Assembly: GCA_051362555.1 (NCBI GenBank)
Contig: CM120648.1
Span: 15,496,587 to 15,560,586 of the forward strand
Source: Lingula anatina
Taxonomy: Eukaryota; Animalia; Brachiopoda
Length of the DNA: 64,000 bases
Reading direction: 5' to 3'
The notes under the pieces: generated by a model
The model's database searches: none
What the model was told of the DNA's origin: nothing
What the model saw: only the letters and a program-made list of their open reading frames with translations
Part shown: one piece after another, positions 26,236 through 40,736 of the stretch
How positions within the stretch are numbered: position 1 is the first letter of the stretch
Layout of the letters: every line of letters starts with the position of its first letter
Program-made: the position numbers and the translations under genes

Positions 26236-29045
26236 ACGTCTCTGTTTTGCTTCCAGAGACCTACCCCGGAGTTCGTCTTAGAACACAGCCAGCGGACGGC
26301 TTCCTGCACTAATGTCTCTGAAACCCTTCAAGCCGTAACCAATCAGGAAACATCAGGCAGAAATCCCGTCTACTGCTCTATGCTTTTATTACAGGCTTTG
26401 TTGGCTAAATCCGCGATAATGCAGCGCCTGAATTCATCCGCGAGCAAATTTCCGTTCCTGATTAGCGAATATTTTGTTTTCTTCTATCAAATGACCGAGA
26501 GCGAGCGTTGCTATTTTTCTTCCGTTGATGTTCGAATATGAGGAAACATTTTCAACTTAAGATAAAAGCACTGTTCGCATTTGCAACCGCGCTGTCCAAT
26601 CTCGTACTGTCTGGTGTGTCAAAATATATATCCGTAAGAATCTTGAAATGTGTACTTTTTAGATAATGATATTTGTGTTTTGCGTCTGCTGTCCAATACT
26701 CTCAGTATATCCAGGTACCACGTGTTGCTGAGACCGATTCTCAAGAAAACCGTGGCAGCAGTTTCAACAATAGAATAAGGACTTTACCTGGATAACAGCC
26801 GTCACCATGTTCGCTATCATCCCGGAGTGTATCATCAGGTGAAAATGCACCGATCAACTGTGTTCCTTATGTACATGTATATGCAGTCAAAACGGTGTTT
26901 CTGATAAGACCTGTATTGTATCTAAACACTTTGGAATCTGCCCTATGATTGGCCAATCTCCTGTTGGGCTTTTTTCTTCCTTTCTCTTGTTTGCAGCGTA
27001 TTTTATTATTTTCTACCGTGGGTGAAAGATCGGTTGATTATTCTTCCTTTAGCGCTTTTATACCATTTGATTTGTCTTCAAAGAATAACCAAATGCCTCT
27101 ATAATGGACTCTTTCCTGTCACGCTGATGGTGTCTTTATAAGTACAGTCCAATGTTGTTTTCTTTCATAGCCGGCGATATATATATGTGTAATTGTATTT
27201 TGTAAATTTGCTGTACTTCCTTTCCTCCAACTGTCTTTGAAACTATGTATGTTTCTTTTAAGATGACCTTCAGTGAATTATTCATGTATTTGAAGGGAAC
27301 TCTGTCCACATGAAGGGACGATTACATTAGTCTTCTTTGCCTCCTGTAAAAATGATGAGATCATTCGTTGTCCAGGGAAAAAATCAGAAAATAAGTTGTT
27401 TTGACAGAGTCATGAATAAAATATTTAGTCTTCTTCCTTGGAAATCACTATCTATAAGCAGTGTACACTTAGGGGTATCTTAAGCGTTTCACTTAGTATA
27501 TTACAGATCAAATGTACCATAGCCCGACTTCTTGTTTTCGAGAATATTTGTTCCCACGATGTCACGTGATAGTCGTGATTTCCTCTCAGTAATTTAATAT
27601 CATATCCAGACACGTTTTGTTCTGTCGTGTCGTTATTTTAAAACCTCCGTTGATTTGTCTTAACCTTGTTGTGAAAACTTGTCACTTCCTCTTGGAAATA
27701 GCACCAGTATAATGGTTCATCTACGGTACCAACCTGGCCGCCCGCTGTGTTGAACAACCCAAACTGGTCAATGTAAGTGTTCAGCTGATCTCGAAAATTA
27801 CAGAATGAAAGAGATAGATCAATCCAAATGAAGCACTGGTATTAGGCAGCTCCAAGTAATATGAGTTGCGTAATTGGGATCTAAGCCCCCGCAAGCAGCT
27901 CGGAACGCTGACGACCACGCAATCATTTAAAAACGCAATCTGTTTTTCACTGCGCGACGTACAGTGCAGATACGAGACAGTGGCAATGAATTAGCGTCCA
28001 GACGTTTTCATCGATGCATATACATTTAAGTAACCTCTCAATCGTGCAGTTCATATAAGGGACTTATCAATAACACGGTCGATTGGATGATTTCTATAAA
28101 AAAAAATCAACGTGGCTGCTGTCCATTCACTATGGTGGTGTGAGTTAGCCGCAAGACTAAACAAAACACATTGGCAATACAGCGCAGATTGAGAAAACTG
28201 TTGAGGGGCTTTGCTGAGGTGATTTTTTTCAGCTTCGTGACGCGTGTAGATTGCCAAAACAGAATGTGCTAGATGCGCTGACTGTTATGGTTATAGAACT
28301 CTTAAATCTGGTGCATTGGGGGAGGCAATTTTCCTTTCGAACCTGGCCTTTTCTCTCAATAAATGTCAAGACGAGGATTTGTTCTTTAAATTCTCATGTG
28401 TGGTCTGTCAAGTTAATAGTTCAATGAAATTTGGCAAATTGGAATTAAATCGATTTCGTAACGCCGTCGTCTGCAAAGAAATGAACTTTGGTTTGACGCT
28501 GCTAACATCAGCCACCTAATCAATATATCTTTTTTGGTTTTCTGTAAGCCCTTTTGAAGGTTATCTTCTTTTGGGTAGCACTATTAGCTATAGGTTCTTA
28601 GTCCTATCCTTTTGAATCATTCGATAACATTTCGTATGCGATTGCGTGTTATGTGTATTTCATTCCGGAAAAATGCCCTTCCCTTATACAAATAATTGTT
28701 CTTTTCTTTCTCCAATGAATATATAAATGTCCCACGGTTTCGATAAATCCACCTATAAGTGGTCTGTTAACAGGAATCAGCCCGGGTCATTGACGTTCGT
28801 GGTGATTTTCTTCAAAATGAGGTTCACTTGTCTCGAACCAGAAGACCAAATCTCTTCCTCAAAAAACTGCTGACAACAGCTCTTCAATTTGAAGTTATTC
28901 CCACCAATACATTGGGTATATCTAGAAAGAGAGAGTGAAACGATTATAAATGTACCAAATATTTTCAGGTATTTATGTTCCAACAAACACACAAACGAGT
29001 GGATGTAAAAGCAAAATAAATGCAATTTAAGAGGTTATTTCAAAC

Positions 29046-29225
29046 CAGGCCCGTAGCCAGCAATTTCCAAAAAGTGGGGGCCTTTTTGTAGAAAAAGTGG
29101 AACCTTTACAATAAAACCTTCGTGTACATTTGTGTACCTAGATCAAATTTTACCCAGGAAGGATCTATTCCTGACGAAAAGGGCGGTTCTTTCGACACTT
29201 CCGAACCCCTCTGGCTACGGGCCTG
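29046..29225. mobile_element. hAT-like MITE with perfect 15-bp TIRs
   Basis: CAGGCCCGTAGCCAG ... CTGGCTACGGGCCTG, with internal duplicated aaaaagtgg. No clear 8-bp TSD, so the superfamily is inferred from the CAGG terminus only. Confidence 0.78.
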
Positions 29226-30520
29226 CAATCATTTCCATAGGGTAGCGACTGGCGTTATTTTCAAATCATCCATGAAATATCTTATCAATGCCAAATACAA
29301 ATGAAAAAAAAAGTTCTTCTGCTCTGTTAACATCGGCCAGTGACTTTCATGATCGAGAAGATACCACAGCCGGTTGCTCTTATCGGAAGTGACATCCTGT
29401 GTCTTCCCTGTTTCCTTTATATGTCATTCACTTCCCATGAAGAAATCATGAGCAAAAGAGCATATTTTTCGTATGCCTATTATCACGTTTAAAATAATTA
29501 ACAAGAGTGGCAATTACATGCAAAACAACATTAAGATATCTGAGGAATACTGACATTCCAGATTTCACGTACGAATTGTTGTTTTTGTTCAGTAGGTCTG
29601 CGCTGTAGGCAGCGCTCACGGCTGTTTGCGTTTCTTTAATGACATAATGCCTTTCCAATGTTACGTTTTAGATTTTAGCTGGAAATGTACTGCGGCTAAC
29701 CCATGCATACACTCATTGACTCGTGCACTAAGAGTTCAATGCATTGAGAGAGAAAGAGAAAAGGAAGGAGAGGAGAACAGAGAGAGAGAGAGAGAGAGAG
29801 AGACTACAAAATCATTTAATGGCTAGAAATCGTTGACTTGACTGTTATTTTCATAGAACTAAGTATGGTGTTTGGCTTAATAATTAATAATCCACATAAT
29901 GAGTCGTTCTTTCATGAAATAAAATGCATTATTTTCAAACAACCATTGGTGAAAGCAGTGCCATAGCAACATTTAGCGACAATTCTTTGAATGAAACCTT
30001 AAAATAATCCCACCAAGGAGTAAACAACGTCAAGAGTAACGATGCGCTACATATGCGACACAGTGGAACAGGGATGCTGCTAGACATCGATTTTAACAGC
30101 CACGAGTTTCCATCGAACTACAACGCTCTTGATCGAGAAGATATATTCCACAGCCGGTTGCTCTTATTTAAGGCGACATTTTGTCTCTGCCTTAGCAGAT
30201 TCCATAATGTTATTAAGTTTCTCTGAAGACCTTGAAAGAGGACGATTTTCCGATTGTCTGTTATTACGTTCAAACCAATTACAACTTGTGACAGTGTGTT
30301 TTTTTCACATTTAAGGCTACATGCACCCGTTTCGAGGAATGGGTCTAACAGAAGCCTGTCATCTTTAAGGGCGGTTTTCAGATCAGAGGAGATACATACA
30401 CAGTCCGACATAAAACATCGTTTATACAATTTATTTCTGCATAAATGTATCCGTCCCATGACAGTGCAACTTTATTAAAATTAAATCAAAAGTGTACAAT
30501 GAGTACTGTTGGTTTGGATG

Positions 30521-30771
30521 GAGAGAGAGCGAGAGAGAGAGAGCGAGGGAGAGAGAGAGCGAGGGAGAGAAAGAGAGAGCGAGGGAGAGAGAGCGAGAGA
30601 GAGCGAGAGCGAGGGAGAGCGAGAGAGAGAGAGAGCGTGCGAGAGAGAGCGAGAGAGAGAGCGAGAGAGAGAGCGAGGGAGAGAGAGAGAGAGAGAGCGA
30701 GAGAGAGCGAGAGCGAGAGAGCGAGAGAGAGAGAGGGAGAGCGAGAGAGAGAAGGGGGAGAAGGAGAGAGA
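30521..30771. repeat. ~250-bp (GA)n tract interrupted by GC/GG variants
   Basis: Direct observation; it explains the cluster of low-complexity ORFs here. Confidence 0.95.
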
Positions 30772-32312
30772 CAAAGGAAAACAGTTTAGCAGTAGTATAA
30801 CATGCCGTTATTTTCTGGAATCTATTCAGAAACGGTTTATTATTCCTGGTCCCTTCGCGCACACAGGAATCTCTGTTGAAACAGTCCCAATGGCTAGCGA
30901 CACGTCTCTTAATCAATATTACATGTATATCAGAAACAGTTTCATCAGCAAATAAAGCCCATTAGATCAATAATAGTAAGCTACACATGCGGTTAAAATA
31001 AACTAATAAGCTTCTTGGCATTCTTTTTAACAACTAAAAGATAATCTTGTTCTTCTAATCAGTTCCGTCTGGTTTATCATCAGGGTTGCAGAACCCAATC
31101 GAAACGGATGAGATTGAAACGAGCTGAGTGCTCAGTAAACACAGATTTTTCCAATCTCAATGAATAAAAGAGGAGTCCTTGATTGATTACACCGATGTAG
31201 AATATGACCCCATAATAGACGGCGTGGGAGACAAACTAATGTTTATAATTGCCAATAAAGGTCATGGCTTAGATCCTACATTGATTTTGATTATTTCTGT
31301 GCTGTTTTGTCTCGGTCCATTACCCTGCTGTAGTTTCATTCAGAAAATGCCAGGAATGAAATACCACAAGATAAACTGACGTCGGTCGAGTATTGGCATA
31401 GATTACTAACAATGCTACAATCTAACAGGAGTCATTTCTTGTTATTGTTTCAAAAACACGCAAATTTGAATATAGACGTCATTCTGTCGGTCGTTCTCAT
31501 GTGGATATAGTTACAGTAAAATCTTGTCAATAAGTCCAAATTTCATGTTGAATATTATCGCACATTTACTTCCGCAGTGCATTTATTCATGGAATGTTCC
31601 GTCTGCTGTAATTGGCGGCTCTCATATAGAAGAAAGCTTATAAACATAAGTGGAACACTTTGTCACAGTGCACTACCTATTATTGGAGGTGATATTACAT
31701 TGAAGGGGGGGGGGGGAGTGGAGGGGGACAAGAAGGTCCCATGGGGGGGGGGGAGGGGGGGCTAGTGATCATAGTTTAAGAGACATAAAATCATCAAATC
31801 AGTGTTCACTGTTCCGCCTGTTAACATCACCGGGTATAATGGCCTCATTTCACGAAGGACGGAGAAAAAAAGCCGCATTCAGGAGTCACGATAACTGGGT
31901 GCCTCACCGATCACAGTAAGTAATATGACATTTCACGCATCTCGCGAAATGATATATAGTATCTTTCACGGATAACGAAAATATACAACCCACATAAAAG
32001 TGACTCAAAAAGCGAAGTCAGGCATATAAAAAGTCCCTATTGACCCGCATCCCCTTCTGTCTCTTCCCTCGTAGACATCAGAAGAGTTATTAAAAAAAAC
32101 TAAAAAAAATCTGTTGCCAGATGGAGATCTTGCTGCGAAAGACGATGCCGAAACTGTCTAAAGCTGCGTTATATTAAAAGCCTTCACCATAGGAACGTCT
32201 TGGAGACTAATAATGTCGATTTCATGTGCACATTTGATGGCGCTCACGATTCATTATTTCTGCGATTTTAGTCTTCGGTGTGGACAGGCAGAATGTGCTT
32301 ATAATGGTTTCA

Positions 32313-32555
32313 TATTACCTCCGCCATCAAAAGGGTTATGTTTTATCGGTGTTGTATTGAATGTTTGTGGGCAAGATGTCTCAAAAGCTCATCACAAATT
32401 TTGATGAAATTATCAGGTATAGATAGTTATCCAGAGTTAAACAAATCGATTGCAATTCCAATCGAATCCATTTTTGTTTATTTTTTTATTTATTACATTT
32501 TGTCGCCGTTATATTGACCTTTGTAAATAATTGTCCCTTTTCGTTATCTGGCAAA
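32313..32555 (+). mobile_element. Probable non-autonomous Helentron/HINE (DINE-1-like) fragment
   Basis: tattacctccgcc...ggttatgttttatcggtgttg...caagatgtctcaaaa...attttgatgaaatt.tcagg resembles, from recollection, the 5' module of widespread aquatic-animal HINE-type repeats. The 3' boundary is uncertain. Confidence 0.5.
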
Positions 32556-33715
32556 CTACAAACTGACATGCAAGTACACATAGCGGGTACCACAGGGTTG
32601 TTTTCCCCGCCTGTATCTACTTCACTGAGCCTGTATTGGGTAGATTTAATCTTTCTCCTCTATATCAATATCTCCCGGCGTATCTGTACCTGCTTCTCTC
32701 CGAACAAAATGATTCCTGATAAGATCGGGACAGTAAAGTTCCCTCTGTTACCCAACTGTTAATAACAAATCCAATAAAGGAACGGAAGGCCGAGATCCCC
32801 TATCTATAATCCTGACAGGGCAAATCTTATTAAAGAGAGCAAGAATGAAGACAGGGAAGATACTTCGACCCACGCTCAATGAAAAAAGACAAAGAGAGCT
32901 AATCATACAATTAGCTCTTTGGGGAAGTGCAGGATTAGATTTACCTTTGTGGTTAGTATAATGGAATTACATGTACTTCACGTATTGTCGCTTGACCTTG
33001 CCAATCAGATATTTTTGCTAAACACACGTCTGGTCTTAGTTTTTTTTGTAAACAAAAATTTTCATTGCGGGTACTTGTGTCGCCTAGTTAAAAATCTACT
33101 GAAGAAAAAAATCATGTGTTCTTCCTTGAATATGACAAGACTTTTTATACATCATTCAACAATGCTCATCACCTAAAATAAAAAAAAACTGTAAAGAAAA
33201 AAATGTCAATGGAAGGGGGGATTGCAATTACAAAACTATTATTGAGTTCAAATCATATAAAGTGTCGTTTCACTTGGTGGAATAGTTTGTCTTGTTTATT
33301 TTTCTTTATCTTTCAATTCTCCGACCTCAAATAAAATAAAGAAAAAAGTTCCCAGACATTGCAACAAGTAAATATGACACCTTAGCACATTGACTGCCCT
33401 ATACCAGTTATAAATAATGTTGATCCGCATAGCTAGTCTCAGTATATCTCAGCAATTATACATTTAAATGAGTAAATGAGTAAAAAAATACTAAAAAAGA
33501 AAACAAACATCAAATTGGAGTCTTCAGTTCTTTATAACCTTGGCCCACAACAGGGATTTTTTTCATAAAAATAAAGCAGAAACAAGTATGCTGAATAGAA
33601 AGGGGTGTCTTTCTGTCGAAAAGATTGCAAGGTGCGGTTTCTATACCAGGCGGGATATATCCTTTTACTGTATTTAAGTGTGGTGGCTTTTATTATTATG
33701 TACTGAGAGGGATAA

Positions 33716-33975
33716 CATTGCATTGCACAGTATTACATGTATATTGTTTTGCATTGTATCATTGTATTGCATTGTATCATATTGTATTGTATCATATTGT
33801 ATTGTATCGTATCGTATTGTATTATTGTATTGTATTGTATTGTATTGTATTGTATTGTATTGTATTGTATTGTAATGTATCGTATTGTATTGTATCATAT
33901 TGTATTATATTGTATTGTATTGTATTGTATTGTATTGTATCATATCATATTGTATCGTATTGTATTGTACTGTAT
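33716..33975. repeat. (TATTG)n pentanucleotide satellite with variants
   Basis: Direct observation. Confidence 0.95.
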
Positions 33976-34570
33976 AAGGTTTCAATTCACAAATAGCACT
34001 CATACTGCTATTTTACGTCGTCTTAATAGGAAATTAAACTGCAAAATAAACAAATTCAATAAATCCGTAATGCCTTGAGTACTTAAATTTGTCATTTTTA
34101 AAACGTTTACTCTATACTTCATACTCTAAAAAAGAAACACAAACATATTTTTGATGGCTCCATTAATTTATTACTTGTGGATCTTTGGAATGCGCTAAAA
34201 GGCTTTCTCAACCTATAGACCCATGATGTATGTTACAAAACGACCTACTTATCAAAGCCGTCGACATTTTATTTGTGACAGCTATGCCTCCGGCGTTCAT
34301 ACAAATTTTATAGTTAAATGTAAAAATCAGTCACTGAGGACCTATGTAGAATAAATATAAGCACGCAGTTATTCCCTATAGGAGGAACTACTCGGAATTA
34401 GAACCGCAGTGACGCTATGATCAGGACAACTATCACGCCATTGTTAATAACACACAGAGAGAAAATACATGTGCGCTCTTCTTATTTCAGTTCCAATAAA
34501 CCCTTGCAGTATTCATACATTATAGATGTAGTCATTAGCGTGCCTATGCCGACACATCAGCCCAAGACGC

Positions 34571-34590
34571 TGTGTGCGTGTGTGCTTGCG

Positions 34591-34648
<58 letters not shown>

Positions 34649-34783
34649 CGTGAACATGTGTCACTTTGTGTGTTTCTATGTGTATGCGAATGTGTGTGTG
34701 TGCGCGCGTCTCTCTTTTTTTTCTTTTTGTATGTATGTGTGTGCGTCTGCGTGTGTGCGTCTGTGTGTGTGTGTGTGTGGATC

Positions 34784-34834
<51 letters not shown>

Positions 34835-34855
34835 TTGGGTTTGTGTGTTTGTGTT
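34571..34855. repeat. (GT)n/(CT)n compound microsatellite
   Basis: Direct observation. Confidence 0.93.
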
Positions 34856-36209
34856 TGGAGGGATCGCCCCGTAAAGTTAAATTGATGGATAGATGAACAA
34901 AACACAATTAAATATATAATAATCTCTCAGACATAAACTCTTCAGTGTTATTTGGTTATGAAAGGATGATTAGTTGAAACGTATATACATGTCCTAAAAA
35001 AAGAAAACAATAACGCAGATAAATCGGAATAGAAACATAAAATCGGAAAGACGAAGGTTGCATAAAAAACAACACGTTAGATAAAATGATACATGCACGG
35101 TTGCTTCTTGTGGATGAATTATATATAAATCACTGCGTGTGGATGGTAGCTTTCCATTAATAGTCAATAATACCTCTTTATATCATTTGTCATTTTTGTC
35201 ACAAACATATATAATTCATAGCAGAGTCGTAGATTTAGAGTACAGGCAAAGAAAAAAAAACGACAGAGAGAGATAATAAGAATCAGGAATATAGGGGGTG
35301 AAAATGAGAAAGAAGATCACAAAAAGGTGCACATTCGAAACAAACGCCTTTGTACTTAGTACTTTATAGAAAATACAATGCCAACGACAACAAACGCCAA
35401 ATGCAACTTACATGTACATCAATGCACATAACCCTTTGTGAACTATTTTCCCACAAGCGGAACGCTCAATTAAAATGGCGACTGCCTCCGTCGTCTTCCA
35501 CCAGCACGTGTTTGGAGGTGATGTCATGCCAGACCCACTCCAACGCCATAGAAACTGTTTGATCAATGAACGGTCCTGGTAGTTATTGATGATTAACTAG
35601 GCGAAGAAGAGTTGGTAATTGGATTTGGACTTTTATAACACATGTTGAATAAACGTGATATTCATTATGACTCCGACAGCGACATGCAACAGAAGATCCT
35701 ATTAATAAGTCACGCGATGATAGCGTTTATCAGGCTAGATTCACACAGCAGTTCCTTACTAAACTAGTTTTTATTTACAAAAGTATATGTTACACAAGTT
35801 CAATTGTTTTCATTGCAGTCAAACCGTTGGATCCACCGACCGATTGACATCCGACTTTTCGTGTGGAGAGGAAGGGTTTCACCTTATTTCGAGTTAGTCG
35901 TTCCCAAGCGCCCTCGAACCGTTCCTAGGTAGATCCATCTAGCAGAGTGGAAAGGAGACCATGTGTTGCGCAACTTGATATACTGCTTTTTTCATTTCCT
36001 TTGATTTTGGTGCAACATTGTAATGATAGTATATTACAGTAGCTAGGGTATGTTCTACAACAATGACATACGAGTAAGCCGTCTAATCATACGCCCGCCT
36101 GGGTGGTAACTCTATGGAGAATTAATTAATTTATCGATCATGCTCCACAGTATATCGTCACTGTGCAACTAAAGGTTGGAATTTCCCAGACATTAGCTAA
36201 AGCCGCGTA

Positions 36210-36365
36210 CCGGTGTAACAGGACTGGTTGTCCGCTAGGAATGGAAGTCCGCTTCACATTACTTTATACAGGTGACATTCGTCCCATTTACCCAATACTC
36301 CAACTAACCCTAACCTGTACTAATCATATGTGGATCCGGATTATTTTTGAGGTGTAAGACACCAG
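36210..36365 (+). mobile_element. Diverged family B-like element
   Basis: Starts ccggtgtaac, carries collinear motifs tccgcttc, aggtg, ctaaccctaacc and atatg.gga, and ends acaccag. Similar length to the other copies. Confidence 0.45.
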
Positions 36366-37781
36366 TTACGATTTATGTCACTTTTTTGCATGTTTTACTG
36401 TACATTTTTTTCCCTCTGGGGTCGGGGGGGGGTATATTTACACTGTCCTATTTGTCCGAAATAATGCTTTGCTTCGAAATACCTGCATAATCCTAGTACT
36501 TTTAATGGTCTATGTCTGTATTACCTCTTAACAGTTAGTCTAGTCTACAGGGTGACGCTATTTGCTTTGGTTTGGGGACGGTTTCTACATGTACTAAGAT
36601 AATATGGAACATTCGTTTCCCTACATTTGTACGTCGACCAACACAACAGATTAAAAAAAAACTAAGAAACTAAGAAACTAAAAACTAAGAAACCATACCA
36701 TTATACCAAAGGCAATCTGTATGAGAATCTTTTGGCCGCTTTAAATTGTTTTGTTCGAGGTTTATCAAGGGCAGTTTAGGTGAACAATGTTAGGACTGAT
36801 TCCCCTTGTGTTATTGAGATTATAGATGGCCACGCCTCATTGTAAAGAACGTCCTTTGAAAAACCACTGCATATCTCTTACTGATGTAAATTTTGTTTTA
36901 GCAGCAAAGAGCCTAATTTCAATGTAATTCACAGTAGTCATTACTTTGTGCAAAACTGTCTGGTTTAAAAATCTCGAACAAGAGGCATGTCGATGTGATT
37001 TAACCTTCATCGTTGCAAAAAGGTCCTTCATCTTTGCCCAAACGTTTTACAACATCTCAGAAATAATCAGCGTGTTGTTCCCATCAGACGTTTGGCACGG
37101 GTAGGAAGAGTTATTTTAATCCTCTAACGAGAATCTATATAATTATCGACAAGTTACGTTGTTGGCAAACCTTCCAACAGATACAATGATTAAAGTCTCC
37201 AAGGGCCAGGACTAGACAAATAAGCTTCATTCAGTCGACGGTTATGCAATTTTGAAACGCAGAGAGCAATTTAATTTTCAGGAAATGTCCTTATGGCTTT
37301 ATCAGGTATTGTTCTACAAATTCAGCGTACTTTTATACGACAACCAATCTCAGCGCTACATCTAAGTAAACGTATAATCTGACGCTTTTGACAGATTAGT
37401 TTTTTGAACGATGTGGTTTGTGGTCTTGGTAAACAAAGCGGACCGGGGATTTCCGCTTCAGGACAATAACCTTTTCTGTTATCTTGTGTACTTTTTGTCT
37501 GTGTGTGATGTGCGTCTCTAAAGAAATGGGGGGGGGGGGGGGGTTGTAGTTCGGCATGTATTATGTATTTTGTAGTTTTAGAAGTTTGCAGACAATCGTG
37601 TTATTTGGTGGGAAAAGGCTGTTTTGTGTATAGGTACGAGTGAACAAAACTCGAAGCACCAAGACGCAAAGTTGTAAGATAATTTCTATCCCTGACTGTG
37701 ACTAGCTAATCTTATATTATCCCTACTGCTACATGTACATGTACGAAATCTAGCTTATTCTGAAATCATTTGATCCACAGA

Positions 37782-37782
37782 A

Positions 37783-37822
<40 letters not shown>
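37782..37822. repeat. (CA)n microsatellite
   Basis: Direct observation. Confidence 0.95.
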
Positions 37823-37827
<5 letters not shown>

Positions 37828-38856
37828 TCAAAACAAATCACGTCGAAATCACAAATGACGAACAGGGCTTGAAGAAATGCAACAACTGTGCATACATGTA
37901 ACTTGGCACAAGTATTTCAGGCCATGTTGGAATTGCGCGTCTGCAAATGTCAGGTAAGTTTTAGCCTTAACTGTCATTTCCAACAGACGTTTTCCTGAGA
38001 AAAAGGTCTGCAATTCCTTTATGACTCGAAAACATAAAAGGCTACGAGGTAAATCAAAATATGAGAACGAATTAGAAATAAAAGCACTGTTATAGGTTTT
38101 ACCTTTCATTTCTATAGAACGGATCTTCAAAATGACAGGGATATTCAGAATACATTTATCAATTCTTCGGCATCGTGACAGAACAACAATATATTTTTTA
38201 TGTGGTACACAGCTGTAAGCTTCTAAAACAACCGATTATATACATTTATTGTAAATATTATCTAAAATGATTTATTTTCCAATACAGCCCTTTGAAGCGA
38301 TAGAAACATTCAAATATAAAGACCTGATATCAATATTTCTTCTGAAATGGCTGGAAGACTACAGTATGGTGGTTCAAATGAACATGATTCAATTAGATAA
38401 GTAATTTCGTTAGGATACTTGTGACCAGTGCACACTCTGATAATATTTAATTTTGGTTGTTTCCGGTACAAATGGACACCTTTCAAGCCGGAAACAAGCA
38501 GAAATGAACATTTCAGGTTCAGAGCTATTAGGATCAATCATAAAACAGGGGGTGCAGCCAAATCCTTTAATAAGCTCCTTTTTTTAAATTTTGACTTATA
38601 GTCTAGGAATGGTACATAACACGGACTCCACGCACGGAGACTGATCGGGCAATGACTCCTCAGCAGGACAGTATATTTTCAAGGACTTGGTGTGAAAATC
38701 CATTAACACAGCATACCTTTACTATTTATACAAAGATATGAGAAACATCCATCATTGCAATTCAAGAAGTGTCAACATTCAAACACGTTACCTGTGACGA
38801 CAATTATAGAGATCACTGCGTAACCATAGTCAAAGCAATGGGTTCAAAAAGTCAAA

Positions 38857-38858
<2 letters not shown>

Positions 38859-38900
<42 letters not shown>
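38859..38900. repeat. (AAT)n microsatellite
   Basis: Direct observation. Confidence 0.95.
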
Positions 38901-40651
38901 TATCTAACATAATAATAAACTCTGACAATTAAAGCTTATATTAACACTGACATTAAAACTAATTCAGAAAATTGGATTAGCAATGTCTCCTTCATAAAAA
39001 TAGAAAAAGCTAGGACAGATAGACAAACAGACAGACGGACAAGGAGATCAAGAAGAAAGAGAGATGGAGGGAGAAAGGCAGGGGGAGAGAGAAAAGATTG
39101 TTTTTAATTTTATATCGCCACCCGTCGCGAGATTTGACGTACTACATGGGCATGTAGTATCTGTATAGAGGAAATTGCTGTACAACAACAAGGGAATTGC
39201 ACGATCAGGAAAGTCTTCATTTTTGGTCTGGCCGTTTGACTTTCTTTATCCCTGACTTTTCAAGAAATAACCGAAAAAAATCACGATAATTGAGGGGACT
39301 CGACCAAAGCTACTTAAAAAGAAATAAGCAGTTAACACGTATGACACCTTATTAACATTGCACTGCGATTACGGAAGAAAGATTATAGGAACTTGGCCCC
39401 TGTCGGTAGTAATTTTAACGGCGGAAACCATTAGTGTGTTAAAAGCAAAAGTCGGCATTATATTTTCGTGAAATGACTACAAGTCAGGGTTATGGCAGCA
39501 AAAGGCGATTGTCATTTGCCTTTTAAAGGCCCAGATACTTGTCTGCACTCGTAAAAAAGACTTCAACGTGCAGGGGTACCAGAGGGCCACAGCTTTTAAC
39601 ATTTGTCGACGTCAATCCTGGCACTGCATCTCCGCTAGGGGTCTCTGTTTAAATTATTTATACTTTTTGCTGACCGACCCCAGCGAACCCTAGTGTTAAG
39701 AGAAAGAGTGAGGGGGGGGGGGGAGAGAAAGGGAGAGAGTGGGGGAAAGAGAGAGAGATGGAGAGAGAGAGATGAGGGAAAGAGTGGCTTCTTATTTGAT
39801 GTCGCCACCCCGGCGCTGGATGCGAAACAGTGGTTCGGTGTTTTGGAGGGCAAACAAACGGTGCCACTTGGTGCAGTTTAGAACTATGATTTAGCTCCTA
39901 AAATTCTAATATCAAGAGGGCGATATTGGTGTGATTTTTTCCAGAAACCGAGGGTGTGTCAGGACCCCGCTGACATCTCCCTAACTCCACCCCTGATACA
40001 TGTACATACATGTACCCCGTAAGGCTTCTTTAGTAAACTCTCTTTGAGGCAGAAAGGGCCAGGGTAAGGAAACAGGAGGTCAAGGTCAGCTGTAGTTTAG
40101 TGGCGAGGTCAATGGCAGGACAATATAGAATTAAGAGTTATAAGATTCCCGCAATTTGACTGGCCAAAGTGTTAAGACTTCTCAGTAAAAAGTGCAAATT
40201 ATTTATAGAAAACGTGAGGGTAATACAAAAAGAATATCACTTGTGTTTGTTTATAATGAAGCAACGGCGGGTTAGAGGGTGACGGCTTGCAAGTGCCCTC
40301 CCCCTTCTCCACCCCTTTCCCCCCTCCCCCCCCCCAAAAAAAAAAAAACATACAAAATATTTAAAAAAATACAGAGCGAAATACATGAGCCAATATGTTT
40401 TTTCATTACTTAACCTACATACCCACTTACATCATCTTGCATTAATTGCCTTCCTCTAATGTCCCCCTCTCCCCCCCCTGCCTAATTAGTACAATCTCAA
40501 ATCCGACAGAGACGAGCCTTCTAATGCGAAAAGGTTCTAAAGTTAACAGTAATTGAGCCCTATAAACAAGTACGCAAGCCAAAAAGGTTAATTTCTCAGA
40601 CGTTCTTAATTACGTCAAGTCAAGGTGAAGTCAGGTTATCATTAAAGATGA

Positions 40652-40736
40652 AGGCTTGGAAATGTTCAACTATGGGGGATAAGTGTATGTACATGTAGAG
40701 CAGGCTTGAAAACGTTTAATTGTGGGGGATAACTGT
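40652..40736. repeat. Degenerate tandem duplication, 50-bp spacing
   Basis: aggcttg.aaa.gtt.aa.t.tgggggataa.tgt at 40652 and 40702. Confidence 0.65.

Noticed and set aside
30431-30955. Several 97-161-aa ER/SL-rich ORFs
   Set aside because: They are translations of the (GA)n microsatellite.
33625-34907. Cys/Val/Tyr- and His/Thr-rich ORFs
   Set aside because: They are translations of (TATTG)n, (GT)n and (CT)n repeats.
35566-35577. atgaacggtcc matching the TIR of the 13.1-kb MITE
   Set aside because: It is only about 11 bp with no partner terminus, so it could be chance or a solo end.
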